Below, one piece after another: positions 7,276 to 15,867 of a stretch of DNA of 64,000 nt. The stretch is from contig SIRX01000021.1 in the NCBI GenBank assembly GCA_004563715.1, forward strand, positions 1,580 to 65,579. The letters are read 5' to 3'. Within the stretch, counting starts at the first letter, position 1; the number at the start of each line of letters is the position of its first letter. Under the pieces are notes generated by a model, which saw nothing but the letters and a program-made list of their open reading frames with translations, did no database searches and had not been told where the DNA came from. The DNA is from Actinomycetota bacterium (lineage in GTDB: Bacteria; Actinomycetota; Rubrobacteria; Rubrobacterales; Rubrobacteraceae). The position numbers and the translations under genes were made by a program.

Positions 7276-8853
7276 TCAGGAAACCTCACACATAAAGAGC
7301 GGCGGGATGTGCATGTAGGTCGTGCTCGGGCTGGGGCCGACGACGTCCCGGGCCATCTCCAGGGCTTCGGCGACGGAGGCGGCGCGTTTGTAGCCCATGC
7401 GGGCGGTGGTGTAGGGGTCGCCGCCGACGAAGATAACGCCTCCAAGATGGTCGAGGGCGTGGGCGCCCCACTGCCAGGTGGTGAACGGGTGCCAGCCGTG
7501 GTAGGCGTGGGCGTGGCGGTAGAGGGTCCGGTACCAGGGGTCGTAGATGTACTTCTCCTCGAAGCGTTGCTCCGCCTCGTGCGGGTCGGTGGTCTCGGCG
7601 ATGACCTCCTCGAAAAAGGGCCGGTAGCTCGGGTGGTGGGCGTCGTCGAAGTCGTTGGGCACCGGGTGGGTGGCGATTATGACGCCGCCCTCACGCACCA
7701 GCGGTTTGCCCCGGTAGAGGTTGAAGAGGTAGCCGAGGACCATGTTGTGGACCAGGATCGGGTTCATTATGGAGTCCACGTTGTACGGCCCGAGGTACGG
7801 CACCCCGAGGAGCAGCACGTCCGCCTGGCCCTCTACGTGGACGAGCTGCTGGCGGTGGAGGTTCCTGATCGTCTCGTCGTGGACGGCGTCGGTGGCGCCG
7901 GCCTGCACGCTGGTCATCCGGTGCGGCGCGACGATGGACTGGAAGACCCGCCGGGCCACGCTGCGGGGCATGAGGCTGGTCGACTTGTGGTTGGCGAGGA
8001 AGTTGGCCTTCGTGATGGCGCTCCACTCGTGCTCGGGCTTGCCCATGAAGTCGAAGACCGCCGGGAAGGTGGCGTTGTTCAGCGTCGTCTCGATGTGGAA
8101 GACCTTGATGGCGTTGTCCAGGAGCTCGCCCATCCGGTTCACCGAACCGTGCAGGGCGGAGTTCGGCGGGTCCATGAGGCTCCTCGTGTTCCGCAAGGTG
8201 TGGGCGTTGTGGTGGTGGCGGATGGAGGAGTAGGGTGAGATGCCGGTGTGGACGGACTTGTGGCCGCCGTTCATGGAGACCAGGTTGATGTTCACGTAGA
8301 CGACCAGGTCGCTCTCGGCGGCGCGCTTGCTGATGCGGACCTGCTCGCCGTGCGCCGTCTCCCCGATGACCGTGTTGCCTTCTTCGTCCTCGGCGTCGTA
8401 GTTGTAGAGGCGGTCGGGGTAGTAGCGGGCCATGATCTTCTTCCCCAGCGCCCAGCGCAGCTCTTTCTCGGTCATGCGGCGGTGCAGCCCGAGCGCGGCG
8501 ATGAGGTGGATGTCCTCGACGCCCTTCGCGGCGGCCTTCTCCAGCACCTTCTCGATGACGAGCTGGCGGTTGTCCGGCGGGCGCATCGGCGGCAGCGGGC
8601 ACGAGACGTCGTCGAAGACGATGGTGAGCTTCATGCCGGGGAAGAGCAGCTCGTGCAGCGGCTCCATGCCCATCGGCTCCAGGAGCGCCCTCTCGATGGC
8701 GACGTTCGGGTCCGGCAACGGGTCCACGGGCGCGGGAGGGTAGATCACGCGGGTCCCCTCCGGCAGCTTCTCGTAGTGGAACCCGTCCCCCGCGTTGAAC
8801 ATCATCGGCGGGCTGTCGCTGTCCAGCGTGATCGTAAACCCGGGTCGGCTCAT
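7276..8853 (-). CDS. LarA-like (DUF2088, lactate-racemase-family) protein
   Basis: Motifs IAALGLHRRMT and NGGHKSVHTGISPYSS (equivalent to the GG-x-K cofactor-tethering region). The start was trimmed to ATG 8853, preceded by GGGAGGAAAG. The track ORF is 25 codons longer. Confidence 0.7.
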   Translation of the reverse strand: MSRPGFTITLDSDSPPMMFNAGDGFHYEKLPEGTRVIYPPAPVDPLPDPNVAIERALLEPMGMEPLHELLFPGMKLTIVFDDVSCPLPPMRPPDNRQLVIEKVLEKAAAKGVEDIHLIAALGLHRRMTEKELRWALGKKIMARYYPDRLYNYDAEDEEGNTVIGETAHGEQVRISKRAAESDLVVYVNINLVSMNGGHKSVHTGISPYSSIRHHHNAHTLRNTRSLMDPPNSALHGSVNRMGELLDNAIKVFHIETTLNNATFPAVFDFMGKPEHEWSAITKANFLANHKSTSLMPRSVARRVFQSIVAPHRMTSVQAGATDAVHDETIRNLHRQQLVHVEGQADVLLLGVPYLGPYNVDSIMNPILVHNMVLGYLFNLYRGKPLVREGGVIIATHPVPNDFDDAHHPSYRPFFEEVIAETTDPHEAEQRFEEKYIYDPWYRTLYRHAHAYHGWHPFTTWQWGAHALDHLGGVIFVGGDPYTTARMGYKRAASVAEALEMARDVVGPSPSTTYMHIPPLFMCEVS

Positions 8854-8961
8854 CTTTCCTCCCGTTCCTGCTAGGTACGCTTTGTGGTGCCGATGCTGTC
8901 CGAACGCTCCACCGGCTCCGGAAAGCATAGCAGCCGGCCCGCCGGGCGTAACGGCGAGAGC

Positions 8962-9663
8962 TCAGCCCGGCCCTTCGAGCCGGGGAGCGGCGCTCTCGGA
9001 GACGCCGGCGAGCCGCTTCTCGAACGTCCGCCGCCAGGAGGCGGAGAGCGCCGACAGCGCGAGCAAACGCTCGATGCCCGCCGCGTCGCGCCGGTCGCGG
9101 TGCATGACCCGGTTGGCCTCCGCCACGCTGACACCTTCCGGCGGGCGCTCGACGAGCTCTATAGCGTCGTCCGCCCGCACCTCCCCGGGTTCGAGGCACC
9201 GGAGGTAGAAGCCGGTGCGCCCGGTCTCCTGCACCCACAGCGCCAGCTCTTTCACCTCGTGGCGGGCGGCGAGCTTGTAGCAGGGCTGGCGCGGCTGGCT
9301 CACCTGCACCGCCGCCTCCCCGACCCGGTACACGTCCCCGACGCACACCTCCGGCTCCAGCAGCCCCTCCGTGGAGAAGTTCTCGCCGAAGGCGGCGGGC
9401 TCCAGCGGGCGGGCCAGCCGCTCCCGCCAGTACGGGTAGTGCTCCAGGGGGTAGACGCAGACCGCCTTGTCCGGCCCGCCGTGCGCCTTGAGGTCGGCCT
9501 GGGCGTCGCCTTCGAGACCAGTCTCCTCCAGCCACAGCGCCCCCAAAACCGGCGACTTGCGGAACCCGCTCTGCACCCACCGGCCCCGGTAGGCCAGCGG
9601 CGCGGGCTGCCCCACGTTCAGCGACTTCAGGCGCGCCGGTTCACCATCCTGGATAAAGTCCAT
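8962..9663 (-). CDS. MOSC domain protein (YiiM-like, with a C-terminal 3-alpha helical domain)
   Basis: Contains GDAQADLKAHGGPDKAVCVYP..ENFSTEGL..VCVGDVYRVGEAAVQVSQPRQPCYKL plus the helical tail VSVAEANRVMHRDRRD. Confidence 0.8.
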   Translation of the reverse strand: MDFIQDGEPARLKSLNVGQPAPLAYRGRWVQSGFRKSPVLGALWLEETGLEGDAQADLKAHGGPDKAVCVYPLEHYPYWRERLARPLEPAAFGENFSTEGLLEPEVCVGDVYRVGEAAVQVSQPRQPCYKLAARHEVKELALWVQETGRTGFYLRCLEPGEVRADDAIELVERPPEGVSVAEANRVMHRDRRDAAGIERLLALSALSASWRRTFEKRLAGVSESAAPRLEGPG

Positions 9664-9675
9664 TGTCTCCCCTCC

Positions 9676-10299
9676 TCAACTTGCGGTTGCGGGCTCGTGC
9701 TCCGGGCAGTCCGTCCGCAGGTCCGCGACGGCCAGGGGCGCGTCGAGCAGGGCGCAGTGGTGCGGCGCGTCGCCGCCCGGATGGGCGTCCGGCCGAAAGA
9801 AGCGGCAGGTCACGCACATCCGGGCGACCGAGATCACACCCGCCCGCTGCAACGACCCGATGAGGCCCATGAGAAAGCGCAGGACGACCTCCTTCTCCTC
9901 CGCCGGCGTGCCCTCCAGCCGCTCCCGGATGACCTCGGCCCAGGTCGAGAGCTCGCCCGCCAGGGCCTTTCCCGCCGGGGTGAGCCGCAGCGTGGCGACG
10001 CGCCCGTCGCCGGGCCAGGGCTCGCGGCTGACCAGCCCCTTGCGCTCCAGGGCGCCCACGGCGTCGCTGACCGTGGCCCGCGTGAGGTCGAACTCGCGGG
10101 CGAGCCGCCCGACGCGGCGGAGCTCCAGGTCGTGGAAGAGCAGGTGGACGAGGAACTGGGCCTGTATCGGGCTGAGGCCGTGCTCCCGCGCCGCGTCGCG
10201 CAGCAGCAGCTGGAAGACCCGCGAGAGCCGCTCCAGCGCGGCGACGAGCTTGGCGTCCACGTCGCCGTGCTGCCCGGCGGGCTCGAAGACGGAGCCCAC
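9676..10299 (-). CDS. MarR-family transcriptional regulator with a Cys/His-rich C-terminal extension
   Basis: Winged-helix core LSPIQAQFLVHL...RLAREFDLTRATVSDAVGALERKGLV. The tail is CVTCRFFRPDAHPGGDAPHHCALLDAPLAVADLRTDCPEHE. Confidence 0.75.
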   Translation of the reverse strand: MGSVFEPAGQHGDVDAKLVAALERLSRVFQLLLRDAAREHGLSPIQAQFLVHLLFHDLELRRVGRLAREFDLTRATVSDAVGALERKGLVSREPWPGDGRVATLRLTPAGKALAGELSTWAEVIRERLEGTPAEEKEVVLRFLMGLIGSLQRAGVISVARMCVTCRFFRPDAHPGGDAPHHCALLDAPLAVADLRTDCPEHEPATAS

Positions 10300-10333
10300 T
10301 ACCCGACCTCCCCCGACTGTAGCGAACGCGAAC

Positions 10334-10933
10334 TCAGAAGTCCCCTTCCCGGGTGTACGGGTAGCTCCACAGCGTCACGTGCAGCACCACGGACTTGAAC
10401 CAGGCGTCGTACATCTTCTCTACCTCTTCGGTGGTGTGGCCCTTGTTCGCCAGAAAGGGCTTGATGGTCGCGGTGATAGGGTAGATGAACGAGATCATGT
10501 ACCGCAACCCGATGTGATCCGGGGTCTCGTACGCCCCGTCGGTCTGGTTCTTCTTGATCCGGGTATGGCGCAGCGCGATCTCCTGCTGGTAATCTAGCCA
10601 TTTCTCGTCGTAGGACCGTCGGCAAGCGTCGAGTATCCACTGACCGAACCTCTCCCTGACCCGCCCCAGGTACGCCTCGTCGGGGTTCCCGTCCGCGTCG
10701 GAGAAGTAGCGGACCAGGTGCGGATGCGAAGCGACGAAACCGTACCATACGTCGAGCACGTCCTCGACCTGGTCCTCCAGCACGTCCCCCGCCAGCCGCA
10801 GGTACTCCTCATCCTCCCCGCCGAACATCACCGTCTGCCGCAGCAGGTCCAACTCCTCGACGCCCAGCGGCGATACCGCCGTACCCGACGCACCAAAACC
10901 GTAACCCGGTATTCCCGCCCGTCCCTCGACCAT
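10334..10933 (-). CDS. Single-domain protoglobin
   Basis: Contains KWLDYQQEIALRHTRIKKNQTDGAYETPDHIGLRYMISFIYPITATIKPFLANKGHTTEEVEKMYDAWFKSVVLHVTLWSYPYT. From memory this is very close to archaeal protoglobin sequence. RBS is GGAAGGAG. Confidence 0.8.
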   Translation of the reverse strand: MVEGRAGIPGYGFGASGTAVSPLGVEELDLLRQTVMFGGEDEEYLRLAGDVLEDQVEDVLDVWYGFVASHPHLVRYFSDADGNPDEAYLGRVRERFGQWILDACRRSYDEKWLDYQQEIALRHTRIKKNQTDGAYETPDHIGLRYMISFIYPITATIKPFLANKGHTTEEVEKMYDAWFKSVVLHVTLWSYPYTREGDF

Positions 10934-10974
10934 GCCGCACTCCTTCCATCAGCCCACTAGTTAGGACTCCTTAC

Positions 10975-11003
10975 AATATCTCAGACAGCGCGGGTCGTGT
11001 CAA
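10975..11003 (-). promoter_or_regulatory. Candidate promoter TTGACA-17-GATATT upstream of the protoglobin gene
   Basis: On the minus strand the -35 is at 10998-11003 and the -10 at 10975-10980. It lies about 40 nt upstream of the ATG. Confidence 0.35.
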
Positions 11004-11030
11004 GGGCGAGAGGAGTCAGAGGGGGCGTGT

Positions 11031-12236
11031 CTACCGGTGGTCGAAGACGACCTTGACGTGACCCTCGCGGCCGGCGTTGCGGGCGGCGGCGAGGGCCGAG
11101 CGGTACTCTTCGAGGCGGAACCGGGGGCCGACCATATTCTCCACGTGGATCCCAGGCGCGAGGCGCAGCGCGAGCTCGAAGCTCTTTACCTTCTCATCCC
11201 GGTAGTCCTCGACGCCGTAGGCGTAGGCGCCGGAGAGCCGGACCTCCTTGTGCCAGAGGGCGGTGAGGTCCAGGCAGTTGCGCGCGCCCGGCATCCCGAC
11301 CATGACGGTCTCGCCGCCGGGGCGGGTCAGCCGGAGGGCGTCCTCCAGCGTGGACGGTGAGCCCACGCACTCGAAGACCTTCTCCGCGCCGCCCAGCACC
11401 ACCGGCTTGCCAAGCTCCGGTTTGTGGGCCTCGGTGCCGAGCATAGCGGGGAGCTTTGTGTAGGTGTCCTTCGGGTGGACGACCTCGCTCGCGCCGAGCC
11501 GGAGGGCCTCCTCTTTCTGGCGCGCGTGTTTGGCGACGCAGATAATGCGGCCGGTGTCCGTGAGATGGCGCAGGGCGGCAACAGCGAACAGCCCGACGCT
11601 GCCCGCCCCGATCACGAGCGTCGTGTCGCCGGGCGCCGGGGCGGCCTTCAGGGCGGCGTGGACGGCGCAGGCCAGCGGCTCCACGGCGACGGCGGCCTCG
11701 TCCGGGAGGTCGTCGGGAACGCGGTGGAGCTGGGAGGGGTGGGCGACGAGCGTCCGCTGGGTCCAGCCGCCGCCGGTGTCGCGGCAGAAGCCCGTCTGGA
11801 TGCCGGGCGAGACGTCGCCCCTCGCCACGTTCAGGCACAGGGCGTACTGGCCCGCGGCGCAGTACGCGCAGGGCGGGGAGATGCCCCGGGCTTCGCAGCC
11901 GAGCGCGGGCTCCAGCGCGACCCGCTCCCCGGCCACAAAGCCCGAGTTGCTCTCGGTGACGACGCCGGTGACCTCGTGGCCCAGGACGAAGGGAGGGGAG
12001 GTTATCGGGGAGAAGTACGGCGAGTTCTCCGAGGAGAGCGTCCCGAGGTCCGAGCCGCAGATGCCGGAGAGCAGGGGTTTCACCCGGACCCATTCCGGCG
12101 TCGGAAGCTCCGGGTCGGGGACGTCCTCCAGTTGCAGGGGCGAGAAGCGGCCCGTCTCCAGGCCCTTTATCCTCTTGGCGCCGGCGCGCATGAGCAGGTA
12201 GCGCGGGACGGACTTGCGGTAGCGGAGGGAGAGCAA
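11031..12236 (-). CDS. Zn-dependent medium-chain alcohol/polyol dehydrogenase
   Basis: Contains LLSGICGSDL, FVLGHEVTGVV and the Rossmann motif LVIGAGSVGL. It starts 2 nt after the stop of the upstream reductase fusion gene. Confidence 0.8.
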   Translation of the reverse strand: MLSLRYRKSVPRYLLMRAGAKRIKGLETGRFSPLQLEDVPDPELPTPEWVRVKPLLSGICGSDLGTLSSENSPYFSPITSPPFVLGHEVTGVVTESNSGFVAGERVALEPALGCEARGISPPCAYCAAGQYALCLNVARGDVSPGIQTGFCRDTGGGWTQRTLVAHPSQLHRVPDDLPDEAAVAVEPLACAVHAALKAAPAPGDTTLVIGAGSVGLFAVAALRHLTDTGRIICVAKHARQKEEALRLGASEVVHPKDTYTKLPAMLGTEAHKPELGKPVVLGGAEKVFECVGSPSTLEDALRLTRPGGETVMVGMPGARNCLDLTALWHKEVRLSGAYAYGVEDYRDEKVKSFELALRLAPGIHVENMVGPRFRLEEYRSALAAARNAGREGHVKVVFDHR

Positions 12237-12238
12237 CC

Positions 12239-14515
12239 CTAGACCTTCTTGGGGGTCTTGAGAGGCGTGCCGTCCTTGTCCCAGTGCCGGACGGGCCAGC
12301 CCCGCTCTTCGGCGGCGGCTTTCAGCCGGCGGTCGGGGTTGACGGCCACGGGGTTGCCGACGGCCTCCAGCATCGGCAGGTCGGAGATGGAATCGGCGTA
12401 GGCGTAGGACCTGGAGAGGTCCACCTTGCGGCGGCGGGCGAAGGAGGCGAGCATCCGGGCGCGGGCGTCCCCGGCGACCGGCGCGCCGGCGAGCTCGCCG
12501 GTGTAGGCGCCGTTCTCCTCTTCGAGGGAGGCGCAGAGCACGTCGTCGGCGAGGTCTTTCATCGGCTCCAGCAGGAAGTCCAGGGCGCCCGAGAGCAGCA
12601 CGACGCGGTGGCCGGCCTCCTTGTGGGCGCGGAGCCGGGCGAGGGCCTCGGGGAAGATGCGCTGCAGGGTAAAGCCCTCGAAGCTCTCCCGCCCGAGCCG
12701 CCGGGCACGCTCCGGCTTCCAGCCCGCGTAGTTCTTGTAGAAGGCGCGGTTGAAGTGGGCGCGGCTGACCTTGTCCAGCGCCCAGTAGTAAGGAATCTTG
12801 GGCAGGAAAGAGGCGAGCCAGAGGGGACGCTTCGCCGGGGGGAGCTCCCGCAACCGGAGCCAGGCGTAGTAGGAGACCACATTCGAGCCCACGAGGGTTC
12901 CGTCCACGTCGAAGATCGCCGCGACCTCGCCGGGCTCCTTGGAGGCGGGTTGCTTGCGCCGCTTGCGGCCGGGCTTGGTCGTGAGCGCCGGCAGGTGCGT
13001 GGTGTGCAGGTACTCGCGCCAGTCCAGGTCGGTGATGTCGAAGGGGAACTCATGTTGGTCTTCGGGTAGAAGCTCCTTGTAGAGCTGCGCGGTGCGGGCG
13101 GTCGAGAAGGTGGAGGCCATGTTGGCGTAGGCCCCGTAAATGCGGCTGTAGTAGAGGCTCATCTTGGCGCGTTTGTCGGCCCGCGCGATCCGCTGCCGCA
13201 GGTCGGCCGCCACGTGGCCGTCGGGCAGCCGGGAGACGACCTTACCCGCTATGTTCAGGCCCAGGATCTCGGCCTTCAGGAAACCCTCGACGCGGGCGCG
13301 CCCCGGGAAGCTCCACTCGGCGACCGGGATCGGGCGGCCGCCGGAGTCCCGCAGCGGTTTCTGGATAAAGTACTCCCGGACGTGCTCGTAGAAGTCCCGG
13401 TAGCGGAGCGGGTTGCGCTCCCCGGAGGCCACCTGGAAGACCTCGGGCTCGACCGGACGCCGGATGGCGGCGGCCAGAACGGCGTTCACCACGTGGTCCA
13501 CAGGGACCAGGTCCACCAGGCTCTCGGGGTCGCCCGGAAACTCCCGGAGAAGTCCCTTAGCGAACGCCATGATGATCGGGTCCGCCATGCGGGAGCCCTG
13601 GATCCAGCCAGGATAAGGCTCCCGGTGGCTGCTCTCGATAATCGCCGGCCGCAGTATGATGAGCGGCGACTCCCCCCGCTCCAGCAAAACCATCCGCTCC
13701 GCTAGCGACTTGGTGAACGTGTATACGTCGTGCCAGCCGAGCTCCCGGGCCCGCACCGTCCCGCGCTCCACGAGCCGCTCGCGCATCCAGGCCCGCCGGA
13801 GCTGGTCGGCCCGCCCGGCGACCTCCTCCTCGGAACCGACCATCCCCAGCTCGGTCTCGGCCTCCGAGGCGAACCGTCGTGTGAGGTCTCTCTCCCTTGA
13901 GGCCCGCTCCACCTCCGCGACGATGCCCTCCAGGCTGGCGACCTCGTCCCGCGGGTCGAGCGTCGTGCCGTTGGGCGTGGTCGAGCCCGGCGGCTTCTCC
14001 AGCACCAGACCCTCCTGCGTCCCCGAGACGTAGGCGGTGGAGATGTGCATAAAGAGCGGCTTTCTCTCCCAGCCGCGCGCCAGCCGCAGCAGCCCCAGGG
14101 TCCCTTCGACGTTGGAGCCCACGGCGGCGTCCAGGGGGGCGTCGAAGATCACGGACGCCGCCGAGTGGACGACGATGTCCACCTCGCGCGAGAGCTCCGA
14201 GAGGTCATCCTCTCCGAGCCCGAGCCCCGGGGCGTGCACGTCCCCCTCCAGCACGCGCACCTTGCCGGCCACGTAGTCCCCGAAGCCCTCGCCCCGGGAC
14301 TCGCGCAGGTTGCGGAAGGCCGCCGAGCCGAGCACGTCCTTCTCGAAGCGGTCTCCGGCGTTCTTCTCGCCGGAGGCCCGGACCAGGAGATAGAGGCGGC
14401 CCAGGTCGGGCAGGCTGCGCAGGATCTTCTCCACGAGCGCCGTCCCGAGAAAGCCGGTTCCCCCGGTCAGCAGCAGGCTCTTCCCCCGGTAAGCTCCGCG
14501 CAGGGCGCTATCCAT
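12239..14515 (-). CDS. Fusion protein: fatty acyl-CoA/ACP reductase (NAD_binding_4 type) N-terminal part plus HAD-IB phosphatase C-terminal part
   Basis: N-terminal part has LLLTGGTGFLGTALVEKIL, HISTAYVSG and YTFTKSLAE (YxxxK). C-terminal part has HAD motif I AAIFDVDGTLV, then LLSGALDFLLEP and AYADSISDLPMLEAVGNPVAVNPD. Confidence 0.75.
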   Translation of the reverse strand: MDSALRGAYRGKSLLLTGGTGFLGTALVEKILRSLPDLGRLYLLVRASGEKNAGDRFEKDVLGSAAFRNLRESRGEGFGDYVAGKVRVLEGDVHAPGLGLGEDDLSELSREVDIVVHSAASVIFDAPLDAAVGSNVEGTLGLLRLARGWERKPLFMHISTAYVSGTQEGLVLEKPPGSTTPNGTTLDPRDEVASLEGIVAEVERASRERDLTRRFASEAETELGMVGSEEEVAGRADQLRRAWMRERLVERGTVRARELGWHDVYTFTKSLAERMVLLERGESPLIILRPAIIESSHREPYPGWIQGSRMADPIIMAFAKGLLREFPGDPESLVDLVPVDHVVNAVLAAAIRRPVEPEVFQVASGERNPLRYRDFYEHVREYFIQKPLRDSGGRPIPVAEWSFPGRARVEGFLKAEILGLNIAGKVVSRLPDGHVAADLRQRIARADKRAKMSLYYSRIYGAYANMASTFSTARTAQLYKELLPEDQHEFPFDITDLDWREYLHTTHLPALTTKPGRKRRKQPASKEPGEVAAIFDVDGTLVGSNVVSYYAWLRLRELPPAKRPLWLASFLPKIPYYWALDKVSRAHFNRAFYKNYAGWKPERARRLGRESFEGFTLQRIFPEALARLRAHKEAGHRVVLLSGALDFLLEPMKDLADDVLCASLEEENGAYTGELAGAPVAGDARARMLASFARRRKVDLSRSYAYADSISDLPMLEAVGNPVAVNPDRRLKAAAEERGWPVRHWDKDGTPLKTPKKV

Positions 14516-15107
14516 CTCTGTTCACTCTCTGGCCCACCTTCCGTTCCGTACCCCTCAGCAGCGACCGGACGTTCTCCCGGTGCCGCCACAGCACGATGGC
14601 GGCGCCCACGGCGGTGTAGAGCACGTAGGGTAGCGGCTGGCCCGCCAGGAAAAAGACGACCGGGCCCGCCAGCATTACGGATATTGCCGCCAGGGAAGTA
14701 TACCGGCTCGTCAGCGCGACGACCCACCAGAAGGCGAACAGGCCCAGGGCCACAAGCGGGGCGAGCCCGAAGACGGTCCCGGCCCCCGTGGCGACGCCCT
14801 TCCCTCCCCTGAACTTTAGGAACACCGGCCAGCAATGGCCCGCCACCGCCGCCAGGGCGACGAACGCGATGATCCACTCGTCGTTCACGAGCAGCCGCGC
14901 CAGCACGACCGGGACGAGCCCTTTGAGCATGTCACCGAACATCGTGAGGCCCGCGGCCCACTTGCCGGCGGCCCGCAGGACGTTGGCGGTGCCGATGTTA
15001 CCGCTGCCCACCTTACGGATGTCCACGCCGGCCGCCCAGCCGACCAGAAGCCCGGTCGGAACGGCGCCCAGCAGGTATCCGAGCAGGACGAGAACCACCC
15101 CTAACAT
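14508..15107 (-). CDS. plsY: Glycerol-3-phosphate acyltransferase PlsY
   Basis: Contains GSGNIGTANVLRAAGK and FLKFRGGKGVATGAG. Its stop overlaps the start of the reductase fusion gene by 8 nt. Confidence 0.9.
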   Translation of the reverse strand: MLGVVLVLLGYLLGAVPTGLLVGWAAGVDIRKVGSGNIGTANVLRAAGKWAAGLTMFGDMLKGLVPVVLARLLVNDEWIIAFVALAAVAGHCWPVFLKFRGGKGVATGAGTVFGLAPLVALGLFAFWWVVALTSRYTSLAAISVMLAGPVVFFLAGQPLPYVLYTAVGAAIVLWRHRENVRSLLRGTERKVGQRVNRDG

Positions 15108-15151
15108 GGCGGGAAGTATAGCTTAACGGTGCGTCTTTATCCTGTTCGAAA

Positions 15152-15223
15152 GGGGCCTTTGCGGCCCGGAACCCCGCTATTTTTCTTGCAGGCAACGGAC
15201 GCCGGTGTACCCGGCGGGTTGCC
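15152..15223 (-). terminator. Two GC-rich hairpins downstream of cobU; possible end of the cob operon
   Basis: Plus-strand coordinates: ggcaac-gga-cgccgg-tgtac-ccggcg-g-gttgcc at 15191-15223, and gggcc-tttgc-ggccc within 15152-15167. On the minus strand only a weak U tract (CUUUCG) follows. Confidence 0.3.
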
Positions 15224-15267
15224 TCCCGCCCGCGTTCGCGGACCAGGCCCCGGCTGGCACGTCGCAC

Positions 15268-15867
15268 TCAACCGGCTGGGGCGTTCGGGTACGTCTCTGG
15301 AAAGCCTCCGCTCTTCAAGGAGACCGGGATACCCGCGACCATCAAGACGGCTTCGGCAGCCGCGGCGGCGACCCTCTGGTTGGCCTGGCCGAGCAGGTCC
15401 CGGTAGACCCGGCCCAGCCGGTAGGGCGGCACCACGCCCCACCCGACCTCGTTGGAGACCACGACCAGGCCGCGCCCACTCTCGTCCCGCCACCGGACCA
15501 GGGCGTCCACCTCGTCCCGCGCCTCGACCGAGGCCCGCTGCTCCGCGCCGGCCCCGTCTCCCAGCCCGTTCATGGCGTCCAGCAGGACGTTGGAGACGAG
15601 CAGGCTGAGGCAGTCGAGCAGGACGACGCCCGGCACGTCCGCGCGGCGCAACCGGGCGGCCACGCCGCGCGGCGCCTCCAGCGTGGGCCATTCCCGGGGC
15701 CGGCGGCGGCGGTGCTCCTCCACGCGCCTGCGCATCTCGTCGTCGCCGGGGGCGGCGGTCGCGACGTAGAGGACGGGCTCGCCTCCGGCCAGGGAGGCCG
15801 CGAGGGCTTCGGCGTACCGGCTCTTTCCGCTGCGGGCCGCGCCCGTCACGAACACCAGCCGGCTCAC
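15268..15867 (-). CDS. cobU: Adenosylcobinamide kinase / adenosylcobinamide-phosphate guanylyltransferase
   Basis: Has the P-loop VFVTGAARSGKS and the VSNEVGWGVVP motif. The GTG start overlaps the cobD stop (GTGA). Confidence 0.9.
   Translation of the reverse strand: MSRLVFVTGAARSGKSRYAEALAASLAGGEPVLYVATAAPGDDEMRRRVEEHRRRRPREWPTLEAPRGVAARLRRADVPGVVLLDCLSLLVSNVLLDAMNGLGDGAGAEQRASVEARDEVDALVRWRDESGRGLVVVSNEVGWGVVPPYRLGRVYRDLLGQANQRVAAAAAEAVLMVAGIPVSLKSGGFPETYPNAPAG

Noticed and set aside
7691-9580. 629-aa minus-strand ORF spanning the LarA-like and MOSC genes
   Set aside because: The composition is extreme in Arg/Gly/Pro/Ala. The ORF crosses an intergenic region and overlaps two well-supported genes in other frames.
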